A stretch of DNA of 64,000 nucleotides, from assembly GCF_001194135.2 (NCBI RefSeq), contig NC_068984.1:47951159-48015158 (forward strand). The letters run 5' to 3'. Source of the DNA: Octopus bimaculoides (Eukaryota). The translations under genes and the position numbers were made by a program. Shown here piece by piece: positions 40,133-54,699 of this stretch; the stretch's first letter is position 1, and each line of letters opens with the position of its first letter. The notes under the pieces are model-generated. The model did no database searches. It saw only the letters and a list, made by a program, of their open reading frames with translations, and was not told the origin of the DNA.

Positions 40133-41825
40133 TCTATCAAAGATCTTCTCATTAATCCAAAGAATAGACAGGGATTCCTTGGAGCAGAAACGGCTTCTCC
40201 TGGAAATTATATTGTATAGTTTCGCTTGCTTTACTATGGACCAAAATATGCTATATTTCATTTTATACTCTTTCAGTCACCATAGAAAATCGGCCAAAGA
40301 TGTTGAATGTCACTTTTTCATGTATATGTCCGTTTTCGTTGTAGCATACCTTTGACAAAGACTTTGTAGAGACATCCTTTTACAACAGCTAGACGCTCTT
40401 CTTGCTTCTTAACTTCACTTATTTTCCTTTAGACATTTTTATTCAACTTATCTTTGAAACCATTGACATACAAGGCAAATTGTGTCAAAGACTTCTTGAG
40501 AAAATATCGTCGTGTTCATTGGAGCGAATTAAAACGAAGACGTCGAAGACATACACGCACACGTACACAACTAAACACACACACACACACACACACACAA
40601 ACACGCGCGCGCGCCCCAACGCCCTTTGACCATTTAATCGACGAGATTTCATATGGCTTTGTATCTGATTGGCGGAACATAATGTAGAAGACATTTGTTT
40701 AACGTATAACAAATAGGAGTGAACATAGAAGCAAGTTGTTTCCAAGTGAACTTCTTAAACACTCAGCTATGCCTGAACAGGCATAACGTATGTTGTCATT
40801 TATAGTCTAAACATAATTGGAGAATTGCTACAATGAGATATTTGGAGTAAATGGCATCATATAAATAAGTAAATAAGAGAGTAATATGTTGTTCACAGCC
40901 CTTTTCTCCCCTTATTTACATGAAACCTTCTACTCCGTTTTAGCAGCTCTACAGCTATGTTGGAATTACAAATTCTATGCTACCATATGTTTTACAGGCT
41001 CGTTCCTTCTTTTTAATACACACATATGTCCATTCAGTTTGAAGTTGTAGTTGCAAGCCGACCTGAGCACTTATTGCATATGCCTACTGCATTATATATA
41101 TATATATNNNNNNNNNNNNNNNNNNNNNNNNNNNNNNNNNNNNNNNNNNNNNNNNNNNNNNNNNNNNNNNNNNNNNNNNNNNNNNNNNNNNNNNNNNNNN
41201 NNNNNNNNNNNNNNNNNNNNNNNNNNNNNNNNNNNNNNNNNNNNNNNNNNNNNNNNNNNNNNNNNNNNNNNNNNNNNNNNNNNTTAAGCTGCAAAAGGAA
41301 TAATAGATTAAAATAACTACCTATATATCTGCCTAATGTAAATACATTTCCAAGGAAAAAATTACTTCGCTTTTGATATGCAGAAATGCATCAGGTGTTG
41401 TCACTAACCGCTGGTGGGACATCTTTCTTCTCCCTCCAGTACATATTGCATTTAAAAACGCATGCCCATAAGAGATATGATCTCCGGACGAATTCCTCAC
41501 AACACGATGCCTTTCGCGATGTACTTACATTAAAAGGCATAGATGTATGTATGGATATATATGCGTGTGTGTGTATGTATGTATGTACGTGTATGCACAT
41601 GTGTGTGTTGGTATGTGTATGTGTGTGCGTGTATGTATGATTGTATGTGCGTGTGTGCGCATAGTGAAAACATTCTAGAAAGATACACAACGTGGTAAAT
41701 TATAAGAAAAATAAAGTGCACTGAAGTATACTTGTTGACAAAATATATTTATGAAGGAATATATTTATATACTAGACTGGTTTCACTTCTTTGGCTAATC
41801 ATGACTATGACTAATCACACAAAAA

Positions 41826-42167
41826 GCAATGGACCGGTGGTTAGGGCAGCAGATTCGTGGTAATATGATCGTGGTTTCGATTCCCAGACCAGGCGTTATG
41901 AGTGTTTATCGAGCGAAAACACCTAAAGCTTCACAAGGCTCCGGTAGGGGATGAACCACACCTTTCTCTCAATCTTTCTTCCTGTTTCTGTTGTACCTGT
42001 ATTTCAAAGAGTCAGCCTTGTCACACTGTTTCACGCTGAATCTTCCTGAGAACTACGTTAAGGGAACATGTGTCTGTGGAGTCCTCAGCCACTTGCAGGT
42101 TAAATTCTCGAGCATGTTGATCGGATCAACTGGAACCCTTGTCTTCGTAACCGACGGAGTGCCACAC
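41826..42167 (+). mobile_element. SINE family C, near full length
   Basis: tRNA-like head gcaatggaccggtggttagggcagc...gtttcgattccc; tail gatcggatcaactggaacc...gacggagtgcc; inverse copy at 46230-46672. Confidence 0.85.
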
Positions 42168-42384
42168 ACAAACATCGAATGACAACAACTAATTAATGTA
42201 GCGTGAAATTATACCATCATCACAAACTTTTCCATGGTGTTTAACCAGAAAACGAAGTCTGCTGACTAAATAAATGCTTTATTTCATAAATATATATATT
42301 TTTAATATAAATACTGTAGTGTATATATTTTTATTATAGATAATTGTGTGCGTCTTGTGCACGGATACATGGCTTCAATTTTCG

Positions 42385-42560
42385 ATATGAGGCCAGCAAT
42401 TGTTAGAGAGGTGTAAGAGGATTACATCGACCCCAGTCTTCAGCGGGTAGTTATCTTTTCCACCCAGAAAGGATTAAAGGTAAGATCGACCTCAGCAGCA
42501 CTTGAACCCACAACTTAAAGAGTTGAAACAAATGCTGCTAAGTATTTTGCTCAGATAACT
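42385..42560 (-). mobile_element. SINE family B
   Basis: atcgaccccagt...ccagaaaggattaaaggtaagatcgacctc. Confidence 0.8.
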
Positions 42561-42566
42561 AACCCT

Positions 42567-42615
<49 letters not shown>

Positions 42616-43179
42616 AAATATGTATAAGCGCTCGTAAATTCTCCTGGCGAATTCTATACATTTTTAGGAAAATTACAAGCACAGAGATCACGCCAATATA
42701 TCTACCATCTAATTAAAATAACAAACACTACATTTACTTACCAAATATCTTGTTATATAAACTTATTTAAAATATCTTTTTTTATCAGTTCTTCATCTTT
42801 TTAGGGCATATTCTTATTTATTAGTAATTGGTGGGTTGTCAGTATTATCTCTCCATCTCCTTCAATCTTTCGTTCTTTTCATTCATTCATTTTATTCCTG
42901 TCTCTTAGCGAATCTGTCAGCAAATATTACTTCCCTAGCTTTGTCAGTCCTGCATTCTTACCGAATTCTTTCCTTTTCCCTTATTCATATTCTCTTTCTT
43001 TCTCTCTCCTTCTTTCTCTTCCTCTCTTTCATCTACTTTTTCGTCCATTCCTTGTTCTGTCTGTTGTGACAGAAACATACTGTTTCTGTGAAAATATGAA
43101 ATATATATGGTGTTATGGCCATATGTGTAGCAATCATGTGCTCTCAAGTTCAACTTAGTCTTAGGCAAGTGCAGTCTAC

Positions 43180-43341
43180 CATAGTCTAGAAACGATAGGA
43201 GACTTGAGAATGAGACTTGCTTGATGAAATTTGACAGATAATCATGCGGAGAAGCGTACATAATCATGCTTGATAGATTTAATTCATCGCTAGATTTAAC
43301 ACCAGAACATGGGCCCTTGGCTACTTGCAGCAGTTTCCACT
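43180..43341 (-). CDS. Candidate exon (xWKLLQVAKGPCSGVKSSDELNLSSMIMYASPHDYLSNFIKQVSFSSLLSFLDY)
   Basis: Core of the 169-aa ORF; modest acceptor (ctcgcattag) and donor (TATG|gtagac); phase 1 to 1. Confidence 0.18.
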
Positions 43342-44187
43342 CTAATGCGAGTATTGAAACCGTCTTTGTTTTCGGCATTGCTAATACACACACGCACGTA
43401 CGCACACGAACGCGCGCGCGCACACAAACACACACAGATATATATATAAACAAAAAGGGGCTAATTATGGATTACTATTTCTATGTGTAGTTGTTGTGCA
43501 AGATTCTTGATGTGAATACGTGTGTTGAAAGAAATACTATTAAACCTTGGGATAGAGAGGCATTATGCCGATAATAAACACACGCACTGGTTCGGTCCTT
43601 TATTTATTTATAAACAGTATTTAGTTTTTTGTTAAATCACTTCATTGCACTCTTGCAATCTCTTCAGTAACTCGTCTTTCCACTTCCATTTATTTTGAAT
43701 GTATGACTCAGCGTTGTTTTAAAATTGTCATCAAAAACGTGCAAAGCAATTTGACCAATCCCAGAGAAGGAAGCAGCCAGTTTGTGTATATACTCAACAA
43801 TTGCAGTAGCTACACAAAAATGGTGCTTCTAATTTACATACCGTAAGTGGTAGTACTTTATTTAATATCAGGGTTCTTTCAACGAATATCGAAGTCTACA
43901 TCGTATCAAAGTATGATATAATATACATAACCTATATCGTAGATACATAAACAACATTAATTTAGCTATTTGTGTGTGTGAGAGAGAAAGTGTGTGCGTG
44001 TGTGCGTGCGCGCGCGTGTCGATAAAGTACGTAAGAGGCTTAAGTCACTCGGCTTTAAATTTCTCTTCATTTCTTCTACATCATTCATTGTCACTCTTGT
44101 TTTTATTCTTATCCCTATATGCCACAATTGTTTTGAATTCTATTATTCAGTATGCCTTCTATTTCTTCCTATTTGCGTAATATGTAT

Positions 44188-44231
<44 letters not shown>

Positions 44232-44997
44232 NNNNNNNNNNNNNNNNNNNNNNNNNNNNNNNNNNNNNNNNNNNNNNNNNNNNNNNNNNNNNNNNNNNNN
44301 NNNNNNNNNNNNNNNNNNNNNNNNNNNNNNNNNNNNNNNNNNNNNNNNNNNNNNNNNNNNNNNNNNNNNNNNNNNNNNNNNNNNNNNNNNNNNNNNNNNN
44401 NNNNNNNNNNNNNNNNNNNNNNNNNNNNNNNNNNNNNNNNNNNNNNNNNNNNNNNNNNNNNNNNNNNNNNNNNNNNNNNNNNNNNNNNNNNNNNNNNNNN
44501 NNNNNNNNNNNNNNNNNNNNNNNNNNNNNNNNNNNNNNNNNNNNNNNNNNNNNNNNNNNNNNNNNNNNNNNNNNNNNNNNNNNNNNNNNNNNNNNNNNNN
44601 NNNNNNNNNNNNNNNNNNNNNNNNNNNNNNNNNNNNNNNNNNNNNNNNNNNNNNNNNNNNNNNNNNNNNNNNNNNNNNNNNNNNNNNNNNNNNNNNNNNN
44701 NNNNNNNNNNNNNNNNNNNNNNNNNNNNNNNNNNNNNNNNNNNNNNNNNNNNNNNNNNNNNNNNNNNNNNNNNNNNNNNNNNNNNNNNNNNNNNNNNNNN
44801 NNNNNNNNNNNNNNNNNNNNNNNNNNNNNNNNNNNNNNNNNNNNNNNNNNNNNNNNNNNNNNNNNNNNNNNNNNNNNNNNNNNNNNNNNNNNNNNNNNNN
44901 NNNNNNNNNNNNNNNNNNNNNNNNNNNNNNNNNNNNNNNNNNNNNNNNNNNNNNNNNNNNNNNNNNNNNNNNNNNNNNNNNNNNNNNNNNNNNNNNN

Positions 44998-45073
<76 letters not shown>

Positions 45074-45522
45074 ATGCATGTATCTATCTATCCATCTATC
45101 CATGTATCTATCTAAATAAGCACACGCAAATATATATTTACATTTATATATATACATAATGTAATAGGATATATATAAACTAGATAGGGTTGAAATCCAA
45201 GCTGTGTCCTCTTCGTATTCCAGTAATTCAATTCCGTGTGTAGTTGTTTTATTTATGTGAGGTACGCATTAAACTTGAAAATTCTGGAAACATTGATTGC
45301 AGAGTAATTATATATCAAAACAGGAGATCGTAAAAATGCAGTGGCATCATTTATTCACGATTACACGTGTCATTCGTTAATAAGACTTACCAAATTGTAC
45401 ATATAGGTTAAACGCAAGAAATTCGTCAGACAGATTATTTGATTCTCCGTCAGAAAAATTTCTAATAGCAAATGAAACATGTCTAATAGTGAATAAATAA
45501 TACAAAATGCTTTTTCAACCTT

Positions 45523-45560
<38 letters not shown>

Positions 45561-45726
45561 NNNNNNNNNNNNNNNNNNNNNNNNNNNNNNNNNNNNNNNN
45601 NNNNNNNNNNNNNNNNNNNNNNNNNNNNNNNNNNNNNNNNNNNNNNNNNNNNNNNNNNNNNNNNNNNNNNNNNNNNNNNNNNNNNNNNNNNNNNNNNNNN
45701 NNNNNNNNNNNNNNNNNNNNNNNNNN

Positions 45727-45767
<41 letters not shown>

Positions 45768-45772
<5 letters not shown>

Positions 45773-46042
45773 AAGATCTCCTTCGGTCATGAGTGACCAC
45801 GGGATTGCACCTATAAAGTTGCCCTACAGGGCAAGGTTGTTGATGGAAGACCAGCAATCGCCCATGCATACTAGCCCCACTTCTCCACTGGTGACGTCGC
45901 AACTCATTTCTACAGCTGAGTGAATTGGAGCAACGTGAAATATAGTGTCCTGCTCAAGAATATAACACAAAGACAGATTCGGGTTTCGAAATCACTACCT
46001 CAGGATTGTGAGACCGACGCTCTAAGCGCTGAGTCTTGCGCC
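45768..46042 (-). mobile_element. SINE family D (tRNA head plus conserved core-like middle)
   Basis: Minus strand aaggcgcaagactcagcgcttagagcgtcggtctcacaatcctgaggtagtgatttcgaaaccc..., then tcttgagcaggacac..ttgctccaattcactcagctg, tail ending ccgaaggagatctttacc. Confidence 0.7.
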
Positions 46043-46229
46043 TTCTCTCTCACACATGCACACACCCACCCACCCACCTGCACACACATACACACACAAT
46101 CGCGCGTGTATACATATAAGTATGTATGCATGAATGAATGAGTGAATGTGTTACCTTTGATCTTCGTTACGTGAAAACTAAGTAGAGGACTTAACGATCT
46201 TGTAGAAATTTGACGTCCTGTACCCATTG

Positions 46230-46672
46230 TTGGCATTCCGTCGCTTACGACGTTGAGCGTTCCAGTTGATCCGATCAATGAAACAGCCTGCTCGTGAAAT
46301 TAACGTGCAAATGGCTGAGCACTCCACAGACANNNNNNNNNNTCAATGAAACAGCCTGCTCGTGAAATTAACGTGCAAATGGCTGAGCACTCCACAGACA
46401 CGTGTACCCTTAACGTAGTTCTCAGGGATATACAGCGTGACACAGTGTGGCAAGGGTGGACCTTTGAATTACAGGCACAACAGAAGCAGGAAGTAAGAGT
46501 GAGAGAAAGTTGTGGTGAAAGAGTACAGCAGGGTTCGTCACCATCCGCCTGCCGGAGCCTCGTGGAGCTTTAAGCGTTTTCGCTCAATAAATACTCACAA
46601 CGCCCGGTCTGGGAATCGAAACTGCGATCCTATGACCGCGAGTCCGCTGCCCTAACTATTGGGTCATTGCAC
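46230..46672 (-). mobile_element. SINE family C, with a 58-bp overlap duplicated across a 10-N gap
   Basis: Reverse complement of 41826-42167; 46275-46332 is repeated at 46343-46400. Confidence 0.85.
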
Positions 46673-46813
46673 CTCCACCTGTACCCATATATGGCTGTAT
46701 ATATACATATATATAGGCATGTATATGTATGTGTATATATGCATGTATATATATATTATTTATATCATTATATGATCGAACGCCACGCATCCATTTCCAA
46801 GTACGTTTTATCT

Positions 46814-46853
<40 letters not shown>

Positions 46854-47670
46854 AGAAAGTTAGGGGTGGTGAATTCAACCCACTAAGGGATAATATGTAT
46901 CCAATAAGTATGTACCTATGAAAATGTTTGTACGAAAACGTATATGTATATATATGTATATATGTATGTGTATGTGTGTATATATGTGTCCACCTCAAGT
47001 ATACACAGTTCCATTGTCGCATAAAAAATTTTTTAGATATATTGTTTTTATAAATTGCAATATTATTCCTCTTATAACTTTCTTATAACTTCCTCATACC
47101 TCTGATTACATTTTATCTAATATGTATAATATGATGCATTTAATGATAAAAATAATTGATTCATTTGTGTGAATATATAGACATTTATGTATATACATTT
47201 AAACGTACGTATATGTATTTATGTATTTATATATTCATGTATACCTATGTATATGTACAAGTATGCATATATATGTGAGTTTTTATAGTTATAACTTAAC
47301 CTTGTGTACCCTATAAAATCTCTGACGTGGCCTTAAGTAACATCCAAGTACCTCTATTTCATCTACTAATTACTTCAGTCTACTGAAGTGATGAAGGTAG
47401 AATGGGGTGTTTTTAAACTAGATTGAAACAGCTGTAAGATATCCGAATTTGTATCACTATATGTTATATTTTTATAATTACTGATATTTTATATTTTATA
47501 TTTTGCATTTTATATATTATTTTATTATATCATATATGTAGGGCATAATATGTCATACGTGTTTGTATATTGTAATAATTGTTCCGTTAGTAAAGAAACA
47601 AATAATTTGACATAATATAATGTCAATAAGTTGATGAATACCACGTATTATTCTCATCCGTTTTCTTATT

Positions 47671-47712
<42 letters not shown>

Positions 47713-47943
47713 NNNNNNNNNNNNNNNNNNNNNNNNNNNNNNNNNNNNNNNNNNNNNNNNNNNNNNNNNNNNNNNNNNNNNNNNNNNNNNNNNNNNNNNN
47801 NNNNNNNNNNNNNNNNNNNNNNNNNNNNNNNNNNNNNNNNNNNNNNNNNNNNNNNNNNNNNNNNNNNNNNNNNNNNNNNNNNNNNNNNNNNNNNNNNNNN
47901 NNNNNNNNNNNNNNNNNNNNNNNNNNNNNNNNNNNNNNNNNNN

Positions 47944-47990
<47 letters not shown>

Positions 47991-48149
47991 AATATATATA
48001 TACATAGAAACACAGAGAAACGCACTCACACACACGCATGAATATATAAAAGAAAGATTCACGACGATTTGTGTGTGCACGATGGAAATATTTATACATA
48101 CATATACAATATAGCCCTTACTAACACATTCCTATTTCACAGAGTCCTA

Positions 48150-48310
48150 AAGACTGCTGTATGAAATTATATAAAAAGACACTTGTTGACAACATCGTAA
48201 TTCGAGAAAATTTAAAGATAACATCCAGACTTTATATCACCGAAGCCATCTTAATTAATTTTTACCCCTGTCCTTCACCGAACCTACGAACTATGGAAGA
48301 ACAGTCTGAA
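48150..48310 (+). mobile_element. Decayed Penelope-like GIY-YIG C-terminal fragment
   Basis: KTLVDNIVIRENLKITSRLYITEAILINFYP resembles the RLxIxEAxLI..P end of PLE endonucleases. Confidence 0.4.
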
Positions 48311-48795
48311 AATAGCAACATATATTCATTTAAAATGAACCAAATATAATGAGAAAATACGTTATTCCGAAGCTTTAATGGTAATGCATTCCCAAGCACA
48401 TTCATAAAGCTGATATAAACTTGTCATTCAAATGAGTAGTACCTACAAGTTGAGTTCAAATCCTTTTCCTCTATGTTGCCAAATATGCGTTTGCCAATTT
48501 GTCGTGATAAATGGATCTATCTCATAAGAATGTCTTAACTGAGAGTTTATTTATAGAATTGCGTATTTAATAGCATAGATAACTAGGTATGTATATATCT
48601 TAACAAACATGAACAGCAACATTTTATTTAACTTTTAAGAATCTCTCCTCTCCCACCGTCTCCCTTCCTCTCTTTTGTTCTTTCTTTCTCTTTCTCTTTC
48701 TTTCTCTTGTTCTCTCTGTATATACATATATAGGGGTGTGTGTGTGAATGTTTGCGTGTGTGTATATGTATATATTGTATATATACATGAATTTT

Positions 48796-48912
<117 letters not shown>

Positions 48913-48994
48913 GCATACTTATATGTATGCATGTATATATACATATATGTATGTAGATATATATATTATCAGAGAGAGATAGGGGAGAGAGACG

Positions 48995-49030
<36 letters not shown>

Positions 49031-49959
49031 GAGAGAGAGAGACAGAGAGAGAGAGAGAGGAGAGAAAGGGAGAAAGAGATAGGGAGAGAGAGAGTGAGAG
49101 GGAGAGAGAGACAGAGATAGAGAGAGAAAGAGAGAGAAATATTCAGACAGACAGACAATCAGACAGATTCTTAGAAGTTCAATAGATTATTACCGTTCAT
49201 GCTTTTCTAAAGGTAATTTTATTATATTTCAACTCCCATAATAATTACTATGTTCAATCTCTTAAAATTTTTCTGACTTGCACTCATAATCTCTGATACA
49301 TTGCCACTTAGGTATAATTCAAACATGCATTATAGAAGATTGACGGAAATCATATATGGTAAACTAACGTAGTTCTACATTTGTTTGATAATGTGATTGA
49401 TGAATGAAAGTCACTCCAATTTTTGGGACTTTAAACAGGTCATAGTTCTTTCTTCCCTGTGTAAGGTTCTGAAAGATAATGCAAAAAGGAATGTGAAATG
49501 GAAAGAAGCTGATCGTAACAAATGGCAAACACATGCGAGAAACTGACCGTAAGGTGAAATCTGATCACGTCATGCCAAATCTATGAACAGTCATAGTTGC
49601 GACGGCCGACTGCAGATGCATATATATAAACTTTGGCACATTGCAAGCAAAATATAATGGCGTCTAGGTAATCCCTCAGGCTTACAAAATATATGAAAAC
49701 GCATTATATCAATTCAGTAACCTTTCGCTAATTTATAATCACTTACACATATGCTTTTTCTTTGAAACTGATTTAAGTTCTTAATGAAGTTTATGCCGGT
49801 CGTTAACAATGTGACAAGATATTTGAGTTAAGATAATTCCTGAGTCTGTAACCATATAGTTAAGTTAAACTGAGCATATATGTAGGGGTATGCATCAGCA
49901 CTTATGTTCTGTGTGTATGCCTCCGTAGTACTTTAGGTGTTTGTGTGTGTGCATCATTA

Positions 49960-50730
49960 CTTTTTACATATGACCGAATCTTTGCTTAGCTTATCGCACT
50001 GGACGTATTTTTCAATTCAAATATGTTTGGATCTCCTACTGCGGCCAGCAAACCTATTGTTTAGGGGAAGTCCGACGCCAAAATACTTCCAGTGCCTGAG
50101 AAAAGGAAAACTTGAGAATATTCTCAGTTGCTATTTGAGGACTCTGGGAAAGGGATTTCATCTTTAAAAGTATGACAAAGTCTTGAAGAACTTTTGGAGA
50201 TCATAGTAAATACCGTCCACAATGGGATTAGCCATTGCAAACGCCTCAGCTCAACGAAGCATAGTCTCAGCTTTGTGAGAGCTGATATGAAGAAGTTGCC
50301 AACCAGCAGATATACCTTCCCGAAACTACTTGCAATAGCAAAATCGACCTGAAGTATCCAGAAACTGCCGAGTCAACATCAGTAATGTCAGGCAAAATCT
50401 TAATCTCAGTAACTTCGAAGCAGTTGGCTCTTTTAGAAATCCTCATTCCATGGGATGACTGCATTTAGAAGGCTAATGACAGCAGCTGAAGGAAATATGC
50501 TGTACTGTTGGGACCGTGACAAAGTCATGTATGGCAGGCAGGATGTGATTCCAATGAGGTATGAAACATTGTTTAGCAACCCAATTTTTCTGAGAGCTTA
50601 GATGCTGGGCATCCCACTGACCAGTAAGTAGAAGACCATGAATTAGGTTATAGAAGAAGCAGAGGTTTTCTCAGACTGGGTGTGGATGAGGAGACGTGAG
50701 CTATGAAAGTGCTAGTGTTACCAGGTGTAG
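49960..50730 (+). mobile_element. HERO/NeSL-type RLE non-LTR retrotransposon relic
   Basis: LLLRPANL..QCLRKGKLENILSCY..LGKGFHL*KYDKVLK (cf. LPTPANL..C..C..GTLEHILS.C..L.QGRY.WRHDQVL), then KQLALLEILIPWDDCI*KAND..RKYA (cf. ELTVPWEE..EAHERK..KY). Confidence 0.75.
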
Positions 50731-51679
50731 GGCTCACTGGACACAAAGTGGGGCTTAGTCAAGCCTATCGAGGCAACCAGGGTGATGATATGTGATTGTT
50801 GTAAAACTCGAAACCACCAATATTCTCAGGAAACCTTACAGTTGATCAGTACAGGTATATCACAGGATGATGCATGCAAAAAACTGGTACGAGATATTAC
50901 ATCGTCAATTCGGTCATCTCGTCATTATTAAGTTCGTCGCCAGCATACAAGTCAGAATCTCAACAGTTTGGTAATATTTATTCCCACTTAATATATAATA
51001 TATATATCTTTAACCTCTCAGTATTAATACTGCCTCTCGGGATTAATACTGTCTTATCACCAGATTATTTAATTTCGTCGTCCTAGCTTTAGAAGTTATT
51101 GTCTGTTTTCTGATCACTACTAATTGCTCCAAGAAAAAAGTTAATTGCTTCATAACTCGAAGATAAGAGTATTTATTTAGTTATTGATTTGAGTGGTTCT
51201 TCGTGTTTTTCTCACTGCTTTATTTCTAATTCAATAAATTAAAAGGTAACGTAAAAAAGCTGCTAAAGATTAGAAAAAAATAATATTAAAGACACGAAAA
51301 TCAAATATCTTGAATTCTTCCATGGTGATCAAAACCATACTGCGAAAATATATCTAGATAAAAAACAAAACAACCAAAAGTAATCATACAAATATCAGCA
51401 CTCACATTAGATATGTGATAAATAATATTTTGAACGAAAATTATCAACTTGAAGGATAATGTTCATAATCTGAAAATAAACTCTCAATGAATTCTTTAGT
51501 TTTTCCTTTTTTTGAAGTTACTGATAAATTTAACAAAATATTAAATAAATCAATTTGAGTTGTTGTCTATTATTAACATAAACATGTAAAGTGTCTACGT
51601 ATCAACTTACGTAGATTTACTTGTTTCCATGTGTTCAGTAAAATAAAAGAAAAGCACTGAAGGAAAATATTCTTTTCTA

Positions 51680-51876
51680 ATCAAGCACAAGGACTGAAAT
51701 GTTTGGGGTGGGGCTGCAGTCGATTAAATCGACCCCAGTACGCAACTAGTGCCTAATTTATCAGGCCCGAAAGGTAAATTCGACCTCGGATGAATTTGAA
51801 CTCAGAACGTAAAGACACGAAACACCGCTAAACATTGCGTCCAGCGTGTTAATGTTTCCGCCAGCCCACTGCCTTA
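51680..51876 (-). mobile_element. SINE family B
   Basis: gcacaagg...aatcgaccccagtacgcaact...cgacctcggatgaatttgaactcagaacgtaaagac...cagcccact. Confidence 0.9.
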
Positions 51877-53309
51877 CAAAAGAATGAAAATTTTGCCACA
51901 ATAAGGATGTTTATTTTTAAATCCATCTTATATTATAGTTTTCTTTTCTTTTCCTTTTCCGTTCTGCGTTCCAGTTTTCATTTCTTACTTCTCACTATCA
52001 AATAAAATATCAATAAATGTTGTATTCTTAACCGCAAACCATATCTACGACTATATAAAACAAAAGCTCGCGTGCGCACACAATAACAAAAACCCATACA
52101 TATAGTCATATAAGCATATAAATCCTTGTATTATGCATCAGTTTATAATCTGTATAATCTAGTTGCAATGCAATTTGAATAATTGAAAGGAATTGACAGA
52201 ATTGACCATGAAGGAATTAACCGGTGACCTATTAACCGGCATCAATAGATCACGACGAGGTAAGCCCGTAATGAAAGAGCCAAACGTCTTATATAGACAC
52301 CATTACCGAGATAATAAGAATGGAGTAGAACGATAAAGCCATCTATATAGAAGGCCAACCAATGTGTAGAACAGGTACACTGTTAAGATACCTCAGCCCT
52401 TAGATTCCTAGAAATCAAATGCATACTCGTTCACACCATAAAAAAAAGTTGGTGCATATGATAAACGCGAGTGGCCGTATTTTAGATCGTTGGATCAAAA
52501 ACAAAAAGAAAAACAAACCAATTTTCGGAAAGTAGTGATCAACTATGAAGTTCGTTTTGTATGTATATATGTATGTCTATATATTCTATATGCATGTATA
52601 TNNNNNNNNNNNNNNNNNNNNNNNNNNNNNNNNNNNNNNNNNNNNNNNNNNNNNNNNNNNNNNNNNNNNNNNNNNNNNNNNNNNNNNNNNNNNNNNNNNN
52701 NNNNNNNNNNNNNNNNNNNNNNNNNNNNNNNNNNNNNNNNNNNNNNNNNNNNNNNNNNNNNNNNNNNNNNNNNNNNNNNNNNNNNNNNNNNNNNNNNNNN
52801 NNNNNNNNNNNNNNNNNNNNNNNNNNNNNNNNNNNNNNNNNNNNNNNNNNNNNNNNNNNNNNNNNNNNNNNNNNNNNNNNNNNNNNNNNNNNNNNNNNNN
52901 NNNNNNNNNNNNNNNNNNNNNNNNNNNNNNNNNNNNNNNNNNNNNNNNNNNNNNNNNNNNNNNNNNNNNNNNNNNNNNNNNNNNNNNNNNNNNNNNATAT
53001 ATATATATATATATATATAAGCATACACACATATATCTATACATAGGTACATAGATTCATGCATGCATAATTATTTTTGGCCACATAAAATGGTTACCCA
53101 CATACTTAGGTACGATTCATACGTCAACTTTCTTGTGTTTCTTTCTCTTTTTACCTGTTTTGACTTTCTATCTCCTTCAATCTGTCTTCTCTACGCTACG
53201 GTTACTGTAATTACCTCCACTTACCTGATTTAATAAACTAACCACTAAGATTGTCAATTTCTAATCGATTCACCTGTTGGGTAAAATTTTTTTCCATCAA
53301 TCCACTCAC

Positions 53310-53387
53310 CCAGACGAACAAATTTCCTAAGATTTCTCCAGAATTTTTTTCCAATGGAAATTTAAGAACCGTGCGAAATTGTTCAGT
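53310..53387 (-). CDS. Candidate exon (TEQFRTVLKFPLEKNSGEILGNLFVW)
   Basis: ataatgctctcag acceptor, consensus TGG|gtgagt donor; phase 0 to 0; an in-frame alternative donor at 53273 adds VSGLMEKNFTQQ. Confidence 0.2.
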
Positions 53388-53399
53388 CTGAGAGCATTA

Positions 53400-53780
53400 T
53401 GGATACTATTGCCATGAAATATATTGGATTCAAATCTTGGTACAAAGGGAATGGGTAAGTCGAATACATCGAATTCAGTGCTCAACTGGTACTTATTTTA
53501 TCGACACACAAGATGAACGGCAAGGTCGGTCTCGGCGGCATTTAAACTCAGAACGTAATGTCGGAAAGAATATTCCTAAACATTTTATCCGACTCGCAAT
53601 CACTGTTCGCCGCTTTACTGCTATGAAATATATTGATTTAAAATTTTGGCACAAACCAATAATTTTGGGGGAAGGGAGAAGTCACCAACTCCGAAATGCA
53701 AAGTCAACCTCAGTAGAATTTGAACTCAGAATGTGAATGCCTTAAACCTAACCAAAATCTTCACCTTAACGCTGCCTTGC
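53400..53780 (-). mobile_element. Two tandem SINE family B fragments (53400-53605, 53640-53780)
   Basis: Each has the ggcaaggtcg/caaagtcaacctc...tttgaactcagaa motif. Confidence 0.8.
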
Positions 53781-53964
53781 TACTATGAAATATATTAACA
53801 TATAAATAATGCTGGAATATATTTCTGCTATTCATTGTACAACTGCAACTAAATATTATAATTGACAGTTCATTTATTAATTTACCTATACTAAATTTTT
53901 TTTTCATATTTCTTTTGCCACACTGACTCCAAAATTTTCAAAAATTAAATAGCTTAAAATACGC

Positions 53965-54080
<116 letters not shown>

Positions 54081-54489
54081 CAGATCTACTCACTTAGGTA
54101 TACATTCTAGGAGACATAAAATACTTAAATTTGTGTACAAATTCATTATATTTTGTGTGATATTTATGTTTGTGTATATAACATAAGAAATATATCAGAA
54201 CACTTATTAAAATATTAAAGTGATAGCGATCGCAGACTTTAATTTTGTTTAGAAAGTTATAAACAGCATTAGCCTGATGTCATAGAATATACTCAGCATT
54301 CGCGTTTGAACATACAAATGACAGAAAAGAGAATATAAGAACAAACACATTTCATACATAAAAGTTTATATACATACTTATATATTTTTTCTCTTTATTA
54401 GTTTCTACTCGAGAGCTGCAGCCATGCTGGGGCACCGCTGTTAGCTTTGCTATACATTCACCACTTGAAATTTTATGTGACATGTGGCG

Positions 54490-54650
54490 TTTGGTGAATG
54501 ACAGAGTAATGTTGCTGCCCCCATCCTGTCTCAAGGTACGTTCATCCAGAACACTTGACAAAAGGAGATCCAATTTTGTTTTGAGAACAATTACATCCAC
54601 GACATGTAGGCCTCTCAGACTTTTTGTGAGGGTACTGTATGACGAAAACA
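54490..54650 (-). mobile_element. CR1/L2-like LINE 3' end
   Basis: LTKSLRGLHVVDVIVLKTKLDLLLSSVLDE resembles the LPxSLRxL...FKxKLDxFLxxVPDEP ORF2 C-terminus. Confidence 0.6.
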
Positions 54651-54699
54651 TATATACTAGTAGAGAAACAAACTCGGAAAAAGCGGAACACCGAGCTGG

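Noticed and set aside
49462-52265. Plus-strand exon candidates (VLKDNAKRNVKW near 49465; MKELTGDLLTG with GAG|gtaagc near 52259)
   Set aside because: Each has only one good splice site and they do not chain together.
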